Of a stretch of DNA of 64,000 nucleotides, positions 30,554 to 39,053 are shown piece by piece (position 1 is the first letter of the stretch; each line of letters opens with the position of its first letter). The stretch covers positions 20,710 through 84,709 of the forward strand of contig CAZJMX010000012.1 of the NCBI GenBank assembly GCA_964547345.1, written 5' to 3'. The notes under the pieces are model-generated. The model made no database searches, was not told the origin of the DNA, and saw only the letters and a program-made list of their open reading frames with translations. The stretch is from an uncultured Smithella sp. GTDB lineage: Bacteria; Desulfobacterota; Syntrophia; Syntrophales; Smithellaceae. The position numbers were made by a program, and so were the translations under genes.

Positions 30554-32758
30554 ATGGAATATGACAACTTGATAAAGCATCTCAACACATTGGCGCAGGA
30601 GTACCTCTTCCTGGACAGCAAGGACATTGATATTCCCACGGCAGGAAAGCTTCTTAATCACCTGGAAGGCATCATGGACGAGGCAAAAAAACAAAAGATC
30701 AACTCTGTCAGAAGTTGCGCCGCCAGTTTAAGCCAGATCCTGGAAAAAGCCATTCTCGATCAGATTGAAGACAAAGTCCAGGCAGCAGGTGTATTTGAAA
30801 GCGGCATTCATCTGATGCAGGAAATTGCGGACAGTTACAAAAACACAGGCAAATACGACGGAAGCATTCAGCCGTTTCTGGAAAAGACCAGTGCGGTTGC
30901 AGGTGTGGCAAGCCTGATGGGAGCATTGGATACTCAAACCGAAAAGCCCAATGAAGCAATGCCCGAAGCCAAGCCGCAGGACAACGAGACCATTCAGATA
31001 CAGGATGAATCTCTAACCCGTGACTTCATTGCAGAGGGGCTTGAATACATCGAAGAAATCGAAATCAACATCCTCAATCTGGAAAACGAACCGGAAAACA
31101 AAGATTTCATCAATGCCATTTTTCGTCCTTTCCATTCCATCAAGGGCGTAGCCAGTTTTCTGAATCTGGAGAGGATCCGGATGCTCGCGCACAACCTGGA
31201 AAGCCTGCTGGATAAGGCCAGAAACGGGGAGATCTCCGTGACGCCGGCCTTGATTGACGTTGTATTGGATGGCGCCGACGCGCTTAAAAGTCTGATCGGT
31301 CAATTGCGCGACGTACTGGAAGGGAAGCCCGCCGTCAAGCTGGATCTGGATATTCCAGCGCTTACGACCCGCATCCACAAAATCGAGCAGGGATTCGATA
31401 CGGAAGCCGGCGGGAAAAAACTAGGCGAAATTTTGGTTGACGAGGGTGTCATTTCTCAAGAAAAACTGGACAGCACGCTGGCCAATTCGGCATCGCCGGA
31501 TAAAAAAGTCGGCGAAGCTCTGATTGAAGAAGGGGTTGTCAAACCCAAGCAGGTTTCGCAGGCGTTGCGCAAGCAAGTTGAACAAGTGACGGATTTAACC
31601 ACCATCCGCGTGGATACGGTGAAGCTCGATGATTTGATTGATATGGTAGGTGAGCTGGTGATTACCCAGTCGATGATTTCTCAGGATTTGAAAAACCAGA
31701 TCAATGTTGATAAAGGTCTTGTCCGGGACATTTCCCAGTTTTTCCGCATTACCTCCGCCTTGCAGCGTGTTTCCACCAGTCTGAGAATGATCCCAATCAA
31801 GCAGACATTCCAGCGCATGTCACGACTGGTTCGGGATCTGGCCAAAAATGCCGGAAAAGTTGTGGCCGTCGAGCTGGTCGGCGAAGATACGGAAATCGAC
31901 CGCAATATGGTCGATGAAATTTACAATCCACTGGTGCACATGATCCGTAATTCAGTGGATCACGGATTGGAGTCACCGGAGGAAAGGGTCAAATCGGGAA
32001 AACCCGAAAAAGGGCTCATTACGCTGAAGGCCTATCACCGGGGCGGCAATATTGTGATCGAAATTGCCGATGACGGCAAGGGCCTGAACAAACAAAAAAT
32101 TGTCAATAAAGCCGTTAAATCCGGTCTACTCCAGGGTGATGAAAATCTCAGTGATCAGGAAATATATAAAATGATTTTCTTGCCGGGTCTGTCCACGGCG
32201 GAAAAAGTCACGGATGTTTCCGGACGCGGTGTGGGGATGGATGTCGTCAAACGCGCCGTGGAAAAACTGCGCGGAAAAATTGAAATTGAAAGCAACGTTG
32301 GCGAGGGAACAACGTTCATCACACGTTTCCCGCTGACGCTCGCAATTATTGACGGCATGATTGTGAAAGTCGGATCCGAGAGTTATATCCTGCCTACGAC
32401 CTCCATCCGCATGGCGCTTCGTCCACCGCGTGAAAGTTATACCAATGTTGTCGGCAAAGGCGAGATGATCAATGCGATGGGACAACTGATGCCGCTCATC
32501 AGGCTCTATGAGTTGTTTGAAATCGAACCGGAATGTAAGAACCCCTGGGAGGCCATTGTGGTCGTTGTCGATGGTGAAAGCGGCTCCAGATGCCTGATGG
32601 TCGATAAGATTGTGGGAAAGGCGGAAGTTGTGGTAAAAAGCCTGGGTGAAGGGTTGAAAAATATCAAAGGTCTGGCCGGCGGCGCCATCCTGGGCAACGG
32701 ACGAATCGGTTTGATCATCGATACGGAGGGATTGTATGAACTGGCCGAGGAACGCTAG
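30554..32758 (+). CDS. cheA: Chemotaxis histidine kinase CheA (atypical N-terminal extension and MshEN-like insert)
   Basis: 734 aa with Hpt His in FRPFHSIKG, H-kinase dimerisation region, HATPase (DHGLE, DDGKGL, GRGVGMD) and a C-terminal CheW-like P5 domain. Confidence 0.93.
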   Translation: MEYDNLIKHLNTLAQEYLFLDSKDIDIPTAGKLLNHLEGIMDEAKKQKINSVRSCAASLSQILEKAILDQIEDKVQAAGVFESGIHLMQEIADSYKNTGKYDGSIQPFLEKTSAVAGVASLMGALDTQTEKPNEAMPEAKPQDNETIQIQDESLTRDFIAEGLEYIEEIEINILNLENEPENKDFINAIFRPFHSIKGVASFLNLERIRMLAHNLESLLDKARNGEISVTPALIDVVLDGADALKSLIGQLRDVLEGKPAVKLDLDIPALTTRIHKIEQGFDTEAGGKKLGEILVDEGVISQEKLDSTLANSASPDKKVGEALIEEGVVKPKQVSQALRKQVEQVTDLTTIRVDTVKLDDLIDMVGELVITQSMISQDLKNQINVDKGLVRDISQFFRITSALQRVSTSLRMIPIKQTFQRMSRLVRDLAKNAGKVVAVELVGEDTEIDRNMVDEIYNPLVHMIRNSVDHGLESPEERVKSGKPEKGLITLKAYHRGGNIVIEIADDGKGLNKQKIVNKAVKSGLLQGDENLSDQEIYKMIFLPGLSTAEKVTDVSGRGVGMDVVKRAVEKLRGKIEIESNVGEGTTFITRFPLTLAIIDGMIVKVGSESYILPTTSIRMALRPPRESYTNVVGKGEMINAMGQLMPLIRLYELFEIEPECKNPWEAIVVVVDGESGSRCLMVDKIVGKAEVVVKSLGEGLKNIKGLAGGAILGNGRIGLIIDTEGLYELAEER

Positions 32759-32806
32759 CTGTCAATAAATTTCAGAGATGAGATTAAAATAAGGTGAGGT
32801 TGAATT

Positions 32807-33196
32807 ATGAATGAAAAAAATATCAAGGTTTTGGTTGTTGATGATTTCGCCACCATGAGAAAAGTGGTTCGCAATCTGCTCAAACAGGTCGGCTATGAAG
32901 ACATTGTTGAGGCGGAAGACGGCGTCATGGCCCTCAAGGCATTGAAGTCCCAGAAAATCGACGTTATTGTGTCGGACTGGAATATGCCGAACATGACCGG
33001 TCTGGAATTACTCAAAGCCGTGCGCGCGGACGCGGATCTGTCCAAAACGCCGTTTCTCATGGTCACAGCCGAAGCATTGCAGGATAACGTTGTCGCTGCA
33101 GTGAAGGCGGGTGTCAATAATTATATTGTTAAACCTTTTACGGCGGAAGTGCTCAATGAAAAAATTAAAAAAATCATGGAAGGCATTGATAAGTAA
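32807..33196 (+). CDS. cheY: Chemotaxis response regulator CheY
   Basis: 129 aa with canonical VLVVDDFATMR ... SDWNMPNMTG ... YIVKPF. Confidence 0.93.
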   Translation: MNEKNIKVLVVDDFATMRKVVRNLLKQVGYEDIVEAEDGVMALKALKSQKIDVIVSDWNMPNMTGLELLKAVRADADLSKTPFLMVTAEALQDNVVAAVKAGVNNYIVKPFTAEVLNEKIKKIMEGIDK

Positions 33197-33229
33197 ATTA
33201 CATCAGATCAGGATCAGGAAGGGGTACCT

Positions 33230-33691
33230 ATGAACGTCAAATTTATTAATCCGTTTTTGGATGGAACGGTCAGTGTTTTAAAAACAATGTCTTTTGTCGA
33301 ACCTCGCGCAGGCAAACCGTATTTGAAGATCGATAATCTGGCGAAGGGCGATATTTCCGGCATTATTGGATTGACCGGATCGGCTACCGGTTCTCTGGCC
33401 TTGAGCTTTAGTGAAGCGGCCATTCTCAAGATTGTTTCCAATATGCTTGGTGAACCCATCAAAAGCCTGAACAGCGATATTAAAGACGCGGTGGGCGAAA
33501 TCACCAATATGATTTCCGGTGTGGCCAGGAAGAATCTGGAAGCCGAAGGTTTTTACATTCAGGCGGCGATTCCCACCGTTGTGTCGGGGAGGGATCATTC
33601 GATTACCCACGTCATGGGCGGTCCGAGCTTGATCATCCCCTTTGAAATTGATGAAGGGACGTTTGTTGTGGACGTCTGTCTGTCGGAATAA
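33230..33691 (+). CDS. cheX: CheY-P phosphatase CheX
   Basis: 153 aa. MNVKFINPFLDG... N-terminus and the GEITNMISG (E-x-x-N) active-site motif. Confidence 0.85.
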   Translation: MNVKFINPFLDGTVSVLKTMSFVEPRAGKPYLKIDNLAKGDISGIIGLTGSATGSLALSFSEAAILKIVSNMLGEPIKSLNSDIKDAVGEITNMISGVARKNLEAEGFYIQAAIPTVVSGRDHSITHVMGGPSLIIPFEIDEGTFVVDVCLSE

Positions 33692-33703
33692 TTCGCGGCT
33701 TGG

Positions 33704-34519
33704 TTACTGGAGAATAATAATGCTGATCCGGCGGTTGCGTTGGTCGCGCGGATCCAGCGGAACCAGCAGCTCCTGATCCGCGTAACCCACGACGCGGGCA
33801 AACCGCGACGGATCCGTCCCGAACGCCTCCAATTCGCGTCGAGCGGCAGACGCTCGGGACGTGGAGAGTTCCCAGTTGGTAATCTGACCGCCCTTGAAAG
33901 GCGCGGAATCCGTGTGGCCTTCCACCACAATTTTTCCCGGCATCTCCCCTAGGTTATCGGCGACGAGTTTCAATATCTCCTTGGCTTTCGGGCTGGGTTG
34001 ATCAGAGCCTGTGGCAAACATCATCCCACCGTCCGAATCGATGATCTGAATGCGCACGCCTCCCTCAATCACATCCACCAGAATTTGATCGCGCACGCCC
34101 GCCATTTTTTCGTCAACGGATGTCCGGATTTTTTTGACCGTCTCTTCATCGCCTGCCGTGAGATTCTTCTTTGTTTTATTCAATCCGAAGTCAATCTTAC
34201 CTTTACCGCGGATGCTGGAATCGGGGGATTTTAAGGATTGTTTGGCGGATTCGCTGGAGAATCGGGGATCCGTCAATCTTGCATCCTTCATGGTAACAGC
34301 CGACGTGCCGCTTTCCTGAAATACGCTGTATTCCCGGAAATATTCGGACAGGGCTGCCCGTTTTTCATCGGAAACCATGCTCAAAAGCCACAAAAGCAGG
34401 AAGAAGGCCATCAGCGCCGTCACAAAGTCGGCGTAAGCCACTTTCCATGAGCCGCCATGACCGCCCGCCTGTTTCTTTTTAATTTTTTTAATAATAATCG
34501 GCTGGCGGTGCTCTTCCAT
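33704..34519 (-). CDS. motB: Flagellar motor stator protein MotB (OmpA-like C-terminus)
   Basis: WKVAYADFVTALMAFFLLLW plug/TM with conserved Asp. C-terminal OmpA/MotB peptidoglycan-binding domain (GHTDS..., NRRISIIIL). Confidence 0.9.
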   Translation of the reverse strand: MEEHRQPIIIKKIKKKQAGGHGGSWKVAYADFVTALMAFFLLLWLLSMVSDEKRAALSEYFREYSVFQESGTSAVTMKDARLTDPRFSSESAKQSLKSPDSSIRGKGKIDFGLNKTKKNLTAGDEETVKKIRTSVDEKMAGVRDQILVDVIEGGVRIQIIDSDGGMMFATGSDQPSPKAKEILKLVADNLGEMPGKIVVEGHTDSAPFKGGQITNWELSTSRASAARRELEAFGTDPSRFARVVGYADQELLVPLDPRDQRNRRISIIILQ

Positions 34520-34547
34520 AATATCTCAAATATTTCCCAGTTCAGAT

Positions 34548-35408
34548 TTATTTTTTAGCTGCGCGTAATGCGTCTTCCATTTCCACAAAAGACGGTTTGG
34601 CTTCCGACGGTATAACACGTCGGCCGAATTCCACGGCTACTTTGGGTGCCGCACCACCGCCGATGAAGGACAAGAGCGCCACTTTAATTACATTAAGAAA
34701 TTGCATATCTTCATTGGCAATAAACTCCATGTTTTTGGCAAGCGGACCTACATAACCGTAACACAGTAGGACGCCAAGAAACGTTCCCGCCAGGGCGGCG
34801 CCGATGCTTGCGCCCAGCACTTCTGGGGGTTCCTTGATTTTGGCCATGGTCAGAATAACACCTAAAACCGCGGCAACAATGCCCAGACCCGGCAGGCCGT
34901 CGGCCATCGTTGCTATGCTGTGGGCGGGTCCCATGGATTCTTCATGATGGGATTCCAGCTCCTGATCAATCAGGGATTCCAGCTCATGCGGCGCAATGGT
35001 GGTGGTCATCACCGTGCGTAAGGTGTCTGCGATCAGGTTGATGGCGGCATGGTTTTTCATTATTTTGGGATAGGCGGAAAAAAGCGGGCTTTTGGCAGGT
35101 TCGTCCACATCCGATTCAATGGAAACAAGCCCCTGCTGCCGGATTTTATAAAAGATGCCATTCATCATCAGGAGAATGTCGATGTAATCCTGCTTGGAAT
35201 TAGCTTTGTATGAAAATATCCGGGCAACAGAGCCGCCTGTCGCCTTGATCACTTTCAGCGGCGAGGCAACGACAAACGCGCCTATTGCAGCGCCCCCGAT
35301 AATCATAAGTTCTACGGGCTGAAATATAACGGCAAGATTGCCATTATGAATGAGATAACCGCCAATCACGCAAGATGAAACAATGATCATACCAATAATA
35401 GCAATCAT
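34548..35408 (-). CDS. motA: Flagellar motor stator protein MotA
   Basis: 286 aa, MotA/TolQ/ExbB channel family with 4 TMs (…GLPGLGIVAAVLGVI…). Confidence 0.9.
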   Translation of the reverse strand: MIAIIGMIIVSSCVIGGYLIHNGNLAVIFQPVELMIIGGAAIGAFVVASPLKVIKATGGSVARIFSYKANSKQDYIDILLMMNGIFYKIRQQGLVSIESDVDEPAKSPLFSAYPKIMKNHAAINLIADTLRTVMTTTIAPHELESLIDQELESHHEESMGPAHSIATMADGLPGLGIVAAVLGVILTMAKIKEPPEVLGASIGAALAGTFLGVLLCYGYVGPLAKNMEFIANEDMQFLNVIKVALLSFIGGGAAPKVAVEFGRRVIPSEAKPSFVEMEDALRAAKK

Positions 35409-35420
35409 GAAATAAGTGAC

Positions 35421-35960
35421 TTACCTCCTTTTTCCCCGCAGGATTTCTCGCTCGGTTTCAAAAACAAAACGAATGATTTCACCCTGCATAAAATCATCCA
35501 TATTAATAAAACGAATAGAGGTGTCATATTCCGGATGAGGTTTTTCGAATTCCAGCACTTCTCCATAGAGAAAAATGGCAATGGGTTTTTGTAGATTCAG
35601 CATGACCTTAACTTCCAGAACGTCACCCGGAGAAAAACATTTTCCCGTATTAAAACTCATCCCGCCGCCGCTGATATTCACTTTCGTCATGGATAAACAG
35701 TTGAAACCATCATGCTGGATGGTCAGCATGCGGATAATTTCGTCCAGTTTGGCATTAATGGTCTGGAGCCACTGTGCCATTAGTTGATCGTCAGGATTGG
35801 GTAAATCCTTGAATTCCGCAAGCAGCGATTCTCCGGCCAAGCGGGCGCGAAGTGAGCCCTTATCCGGGATATTTATAAGCGCGTATTGCAGTGGAATATA
35901 TACATCAACTCTTGAATACTCTCTTTTATTTTCAGATAATGAAAGATTATCGTCAATCAT
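35421..35960 (-). CDS. PilZ domain protein (c-di-GMP receptor type) co-transcribed with motAB
   Basis: RxxxR (REYSR, residues 13-17) and [DN]xSxxG (NISGGG, 95-100) motifs. ATG 35960 with a GGGAG SD. Confidence 0.8.
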   Translation of the reverse strand: MIDDNLSLSENKREYSRVDVYIPLQYALINIPDKGSLRARLAGESLLAEFKDLPNPDDQLMAQWLQTINAKLDEIIRMLTIQHDGFNCLSMTKVNISGGGMSFNTGKCFSPGDVLEVKVMLNLQKPIAIFLYGEVLEFEKPHPEYDTSIRFINMDDFMQGEIIRFVFETEREILRGKRR

Positions 35961-36000
35961 GGGCCACTCCCGGTGCAAAATTTGAATTCGCTAATCATTA

Positions 36001-36016
36001 TGCAATCCAAGTGCCA
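36001..36016 (-). promoter_or_regulatory. Sigma-54 promoter of pilZ-motA-motB
   Basis: Minus strand reads TGGCACTTGGATTGCA, about 40 nt upstream of the pilZ ATG. Confidence 0.8.
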
Positions 36017-36061
36017 TAATGAATAGATGCGGGATCCTTCTCAACCGCTGTCATTGCTGAG

Positions 36062-36126
36062 CGATCAGGCAGGCTTTCTGCTGTCTATTTCATCGAGTAG
36101 TCAATATCTTGACGATCAGGCAGGCT
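36062..36126. promoter_or_regulatory. Candidate enhancer (UAS) elements between divergent sigma-54 promoters
   Basis: Perfect 14-bp direct repeat CGATCAGGCAGGCT at 36062-36075 and 36113-36126. Palindrome GTCAA-TATC-TTGAC at 36100-36113. Confidence 0.45.
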
Positions 36127-36209
36127 ATTTGACAGAAAGAGAAGATAACTCCTTTCTGGCTTCGGAGAGATTGAGGCTGTGAGTATTCGAAAATGTTGAA
36201 TAAATCTTC

Positions 36210-36225
36210 TGGTATGTAAATTGCT
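36210..36225 (+). promoter_or_regulatory. Sigma-54 promoter of the SPOR/TPR-kinase-regulator operon
   Basis: TGGTATGTAAATTGCT, 44 nt upstream of the ATG at 36269. Confidence 0.75.
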
Positions 36226-36268
36226 TTCAACAATAAGAAAATATGTTCGTTATCGATGAGACGCAGGC

Positions 36269-39043
36269 ATGAGAAGTGGGAAAAATATTTTTTTAAGAAG
36301 AGCCTTTTTCTTTTTTATCGTTTTGGGTCTGACGCTGGGGGCTTCCGTCCGGGCTTCCGCAGCAGTGTATGCTATTCATTTTGCGTCATACAAAACGATC
36401 AAACAGGCCCAAGGGGATGCAAGCAGGCTTGGCGCTCAGGGACTTGATGCATTTGTGCAGGAAGCGGATGTTCATGGAAGCGGTAAGTGGTATCGCGTTT
36501 ATGTCGGAAAATTTGATACCCGGCAAAAAGCATCTGTGGCGGCAGCGGATATGAAAAGCAAAAAACAAATTGAAACCGTATTTATTCACTTGTTACCCAA
36601 CGTCAAATTTGAACCGGCTTTAAAGATTGCTGTCGGAGGTACTGCATCGCAGGCTACGTCGGAAAAAAACGCAGTTGTGGGCAATACGCAAACCAAACGC
36701 TACCATTTACCCGGGATGCCTTATTACGACAAAGTCAAGACGCATCATCGCATTTTCTTTCAATCCGAAAAGGAAGCTCTTGAGCGCGGATATTACAAAG
36801 CCGGAACAGGTAAGGATACGCCAAAGGAAACAGAAACAGAAACTCAAACACAAGCACCGCAACCGAAGAAAATCATGCCTGCGATTGCAGCTAAACTTTC
36901 CGGTGCCAAGCTTGATGCAAGGCAGATTGCCGCTAAAGATCAGGCAATCCAAAAAGAGGAATTAAAGTCTCTGATGCTGGGAGACAAGAAAGTCATGCCG
37001 CCGCCCCCTGCACTTGCGGATCTTGGAGAAGACAAAGACATTGGATTTGCGGATCCGGATGAAATGGATATCGTCGAGCCGACATCTTCATCCGAACTGT
37101 ACAACAAGGCACTGGGGCAACTTAAAGAAAAGCAGTATGAACAAGCCCTGATTACCTTCAAGGAGTTTATCAGCCGCGATGATACCAGCAAAGAATGGGG
37201 ACAGCGGGCTTTGCGTCACATGGCGGACTGTCACTATTGGCTGGGGAAAAAAGACGCAAACAAACAGGAGCTTTTAATCGCGGCGGAATTTTACAAAAAC
37301 ACGCTTACGAGTTTTCCCGATCCCCGCAAAGAAAACGCATTAACGTATTACCGCCTGGCGAAAACATACGAACAGCTCAAATATTACCCGGAAGCCATTA
37401 AACAGTACAGAAATCTGATTGCCAAATATCCGGATTCTACCTATGCGCCCGAAGCCTATTTTAAAATCGGCGAGGTTTATTACATAGACGGCAAATACGG
37501 TCAGGCTGCGGAAAGTTTCATTCAATATTTGATGAAATATCGCGGAAAGCGTAATGCGAAAAAGACCTATTATTTTGTTGCCCATTCTTTTTATAAAGCA
37601 AAGCAGTCAACCAACGCCGAAATATGGTTTCGGGATATCGCGAAAAAATGGCCGGATTTGACGGATATGCCCAAGGAGATGGTGCTTGATTACGGCCTGC
37701 ATAAGAATTCCATGCTGCGCTATGATGATGCGGCAGGCGCTTATTCCTTCTATGTTAACCTGTATCCGGCGGATCCGAAAATTAAAGAGGTGATGATGCT
37801 TCTGGCCGGTGCGTACCGGCAGGCCGGTCAGATTCCCGCGGCGTTGGCTATCTATCAACAAATCATTGGAAAGTTTCCCGAAGCAAATGAAGCCGGCGAA
37901 AGCATGCTGGCGATGGCCCAACTGGGCGTGGACAACCCGGGTGCTAAAGTGTTTCGGGGTTTAAACAATATCGAGAACTATAGATTTCCAATGGATACTT
38001 ATGATGAATTGATTATGAAAAAAGCCGTGGGAGACATCGCCGAGAAAGCGATGCTGCAAAAGTCGGCGGCACTGGTCAAAAAGGGACAGAGGCGAAAAGC
38101 AGCCGATGTCTACCTGGAATTCTTAAGCTTGTATCCGGAAAGCAAGCGAATCGCCGAAGCGTCGCGAGGGCTGAAATCCGCATCTACCGATCTGATTGAC
38201 GAATACTATGCGAAAAATGATTATCTGGCTGTGGCGTATGTATATTTCCGATCGTTTGGTGCAGTTGCCTTGCAGGCCGATGAATATCCTCAGGTCAACA
38301 AAATCGCGCTGAGTCTGAAAGAGTTACATCTGATGGATGATCATTCGACTCTCCTCAACAAGTACCTGAAAGTAGCAAAAGATGAACAGATCATGAATCG
38401 GGTGTCGCTTGAGCTGGCTGAAGGTTTGATCCTTCGCGGCCAATATGACGAAGCGGAAAAGATGCTCACGGTTTTGATGAACAAACCCTCCGTCAGGAAA
38501 ACCAACTTGTTGACAGAGATCAAAAAGAATCTGGCCGATATAGCCTACAGGAAGCAGCAATTCGCGCAGGCGGTTTCCAATTACGGCGCGGTGGTTCAAT
38601 CGGGTCAGACGATTCAAGACCCAGGTGCAGTTTATTCTCACTATGCACGGTCGCTCAAAGAGCAAAAGGAGAATGTCCTAGCCTTGCAGAACTATCTGAC
38701 AGCTGTGAAGTATTTAAGTGCGCAAAAGCGTGAAAAAGGTAATTTGGGGATCGCTTACAAGGATATCGGAGATCTTTATGTCAAAAATAACAATTTAGGC
38801 ATTGGGCTCAGCATGTACACGAAAGCACTCGACAACGCGACGGACGTGGAAATGAAACTCTGGTCGCAGTTTCTGGTAGGAGAGACTTACCTGAAATTGG
38901 AAAAGCAGGATCAGGCGCAGAATGTTTTCGCGCAGATGAAAGCGGCAGCCGGTCCGGAGGGTTTTTGGGCCAAGGTGGTGGATTTTTACATGGCCGATAC
39001 TCAATGGTGGGAAAAATACGGCACTCTCATAAAAAAAAGATAA
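36269..39043 (+). CDS. Secreted SPOR-domain / tetratricopeptide-repeat protein (924 aa)
   Basis: Signal peptide (…GASVRASA|AV). SPOR-like segment (YAIHFASYKTIKQAQ...WYRVYVGKFDTRQKA). Many TPR-like repeats (YPDSTYAPEAYFKIGEVYY etc.). Confidence 0.75.
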   Translation: MRSGKNIFLRRAFFFFIVLGLTLGASVRASAAVYAIHFASYKTIKQAQGDASRLGAQGLDAFVQEADVHGSGKWYRVYVGKFDTRQKASVAAADMKSKKQIETVFIHLLPNVKFEPALKIAVGGTASQATSEKNAVVGNTQTKRYHLPGMPYYDKVKTHHRIFFQSEKEALERGYYKAGTGKDTPKETETETQTQAPQPKKIMPAIAAKLSGAKLDARQIAAKDQAIQKEELKSLMLGDKKVMPPPPALADLGEDKDIGFADPDEMDIVEPTSSSELYNKALGQLKEKQYEQALITFKEFISRDDTSKEWGQRALRHMADCHYWLGKKDANKQELLIAAEFYKNTLTSFPDPRKENALTYYRLAKTYEQLKYYPEAIKQYRNLIAKYPDSTYAPEAYFKIGEVYYIDGKYGQAAESFIQYLMKYRGKRNAKKTYYFVAHSFYKAKQSTNAEIWFRDIAKKWPDLTDMPKEMVLDYGLHKNSMLRYDDAAGAYSFYVNLYPADPKIKEVMMLLAGAYRQAGQIPAALAIYQQIIGKFPEANEAGESMLAMAQLGVDNPGAKVFRGLNNIENYRFPMDTYDELIMKKAVGDIAEKAMLQKSAALVKKGQRRKAADVYLEFLSLYPESKRIAEASRGLKSASTDLIDEYYAKNDYLAVAYVYFRSFGAVALQADEYPQVNKIALSLKELHLMDDHSTLLNKYLKVAKDEQIMNRVSLELAEGLILRGQYDEAEKMLTVLMNKPSVRKTNLLTEIKKNLADIAYRKQQFAQAVSNYGAVVQSGQTIQDPGAVYSHYARSLKEQKENVLALQNYLTAVKYLSAQKREKGNLGIAYKDIGDLYVKNNNLGIGLSMYTKALDNATDVEMKLWSQFLVGETYLKLEKQDQAQNVFAQMKAAAGPEGFWAKVVDFYMADTQWWEKYGTLIKKR

Positions 39044-39053
39044 GGATAACAGC

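Noticed and set aside
30554-31000. The first ~150 residues of CheA considered as a second (degenerate) Hpt domain.
   Set aside because: The region is helical and of plausible size, but it lacks the H-x-x-K-G phospho-acceptor pattern (only NHLEG is present). Fold assignment cannot be made by eye, so it is left as an unassigned N-terminal extension.
36256-36447. Alternative 63-aa ORF starting at 36256, overlapping the start of the SPOR/TPR gene.
   Set aside because: It is in a different frame from a 924-aa ORF that has a clear signal peptide and domain content, and it has no features of its own.
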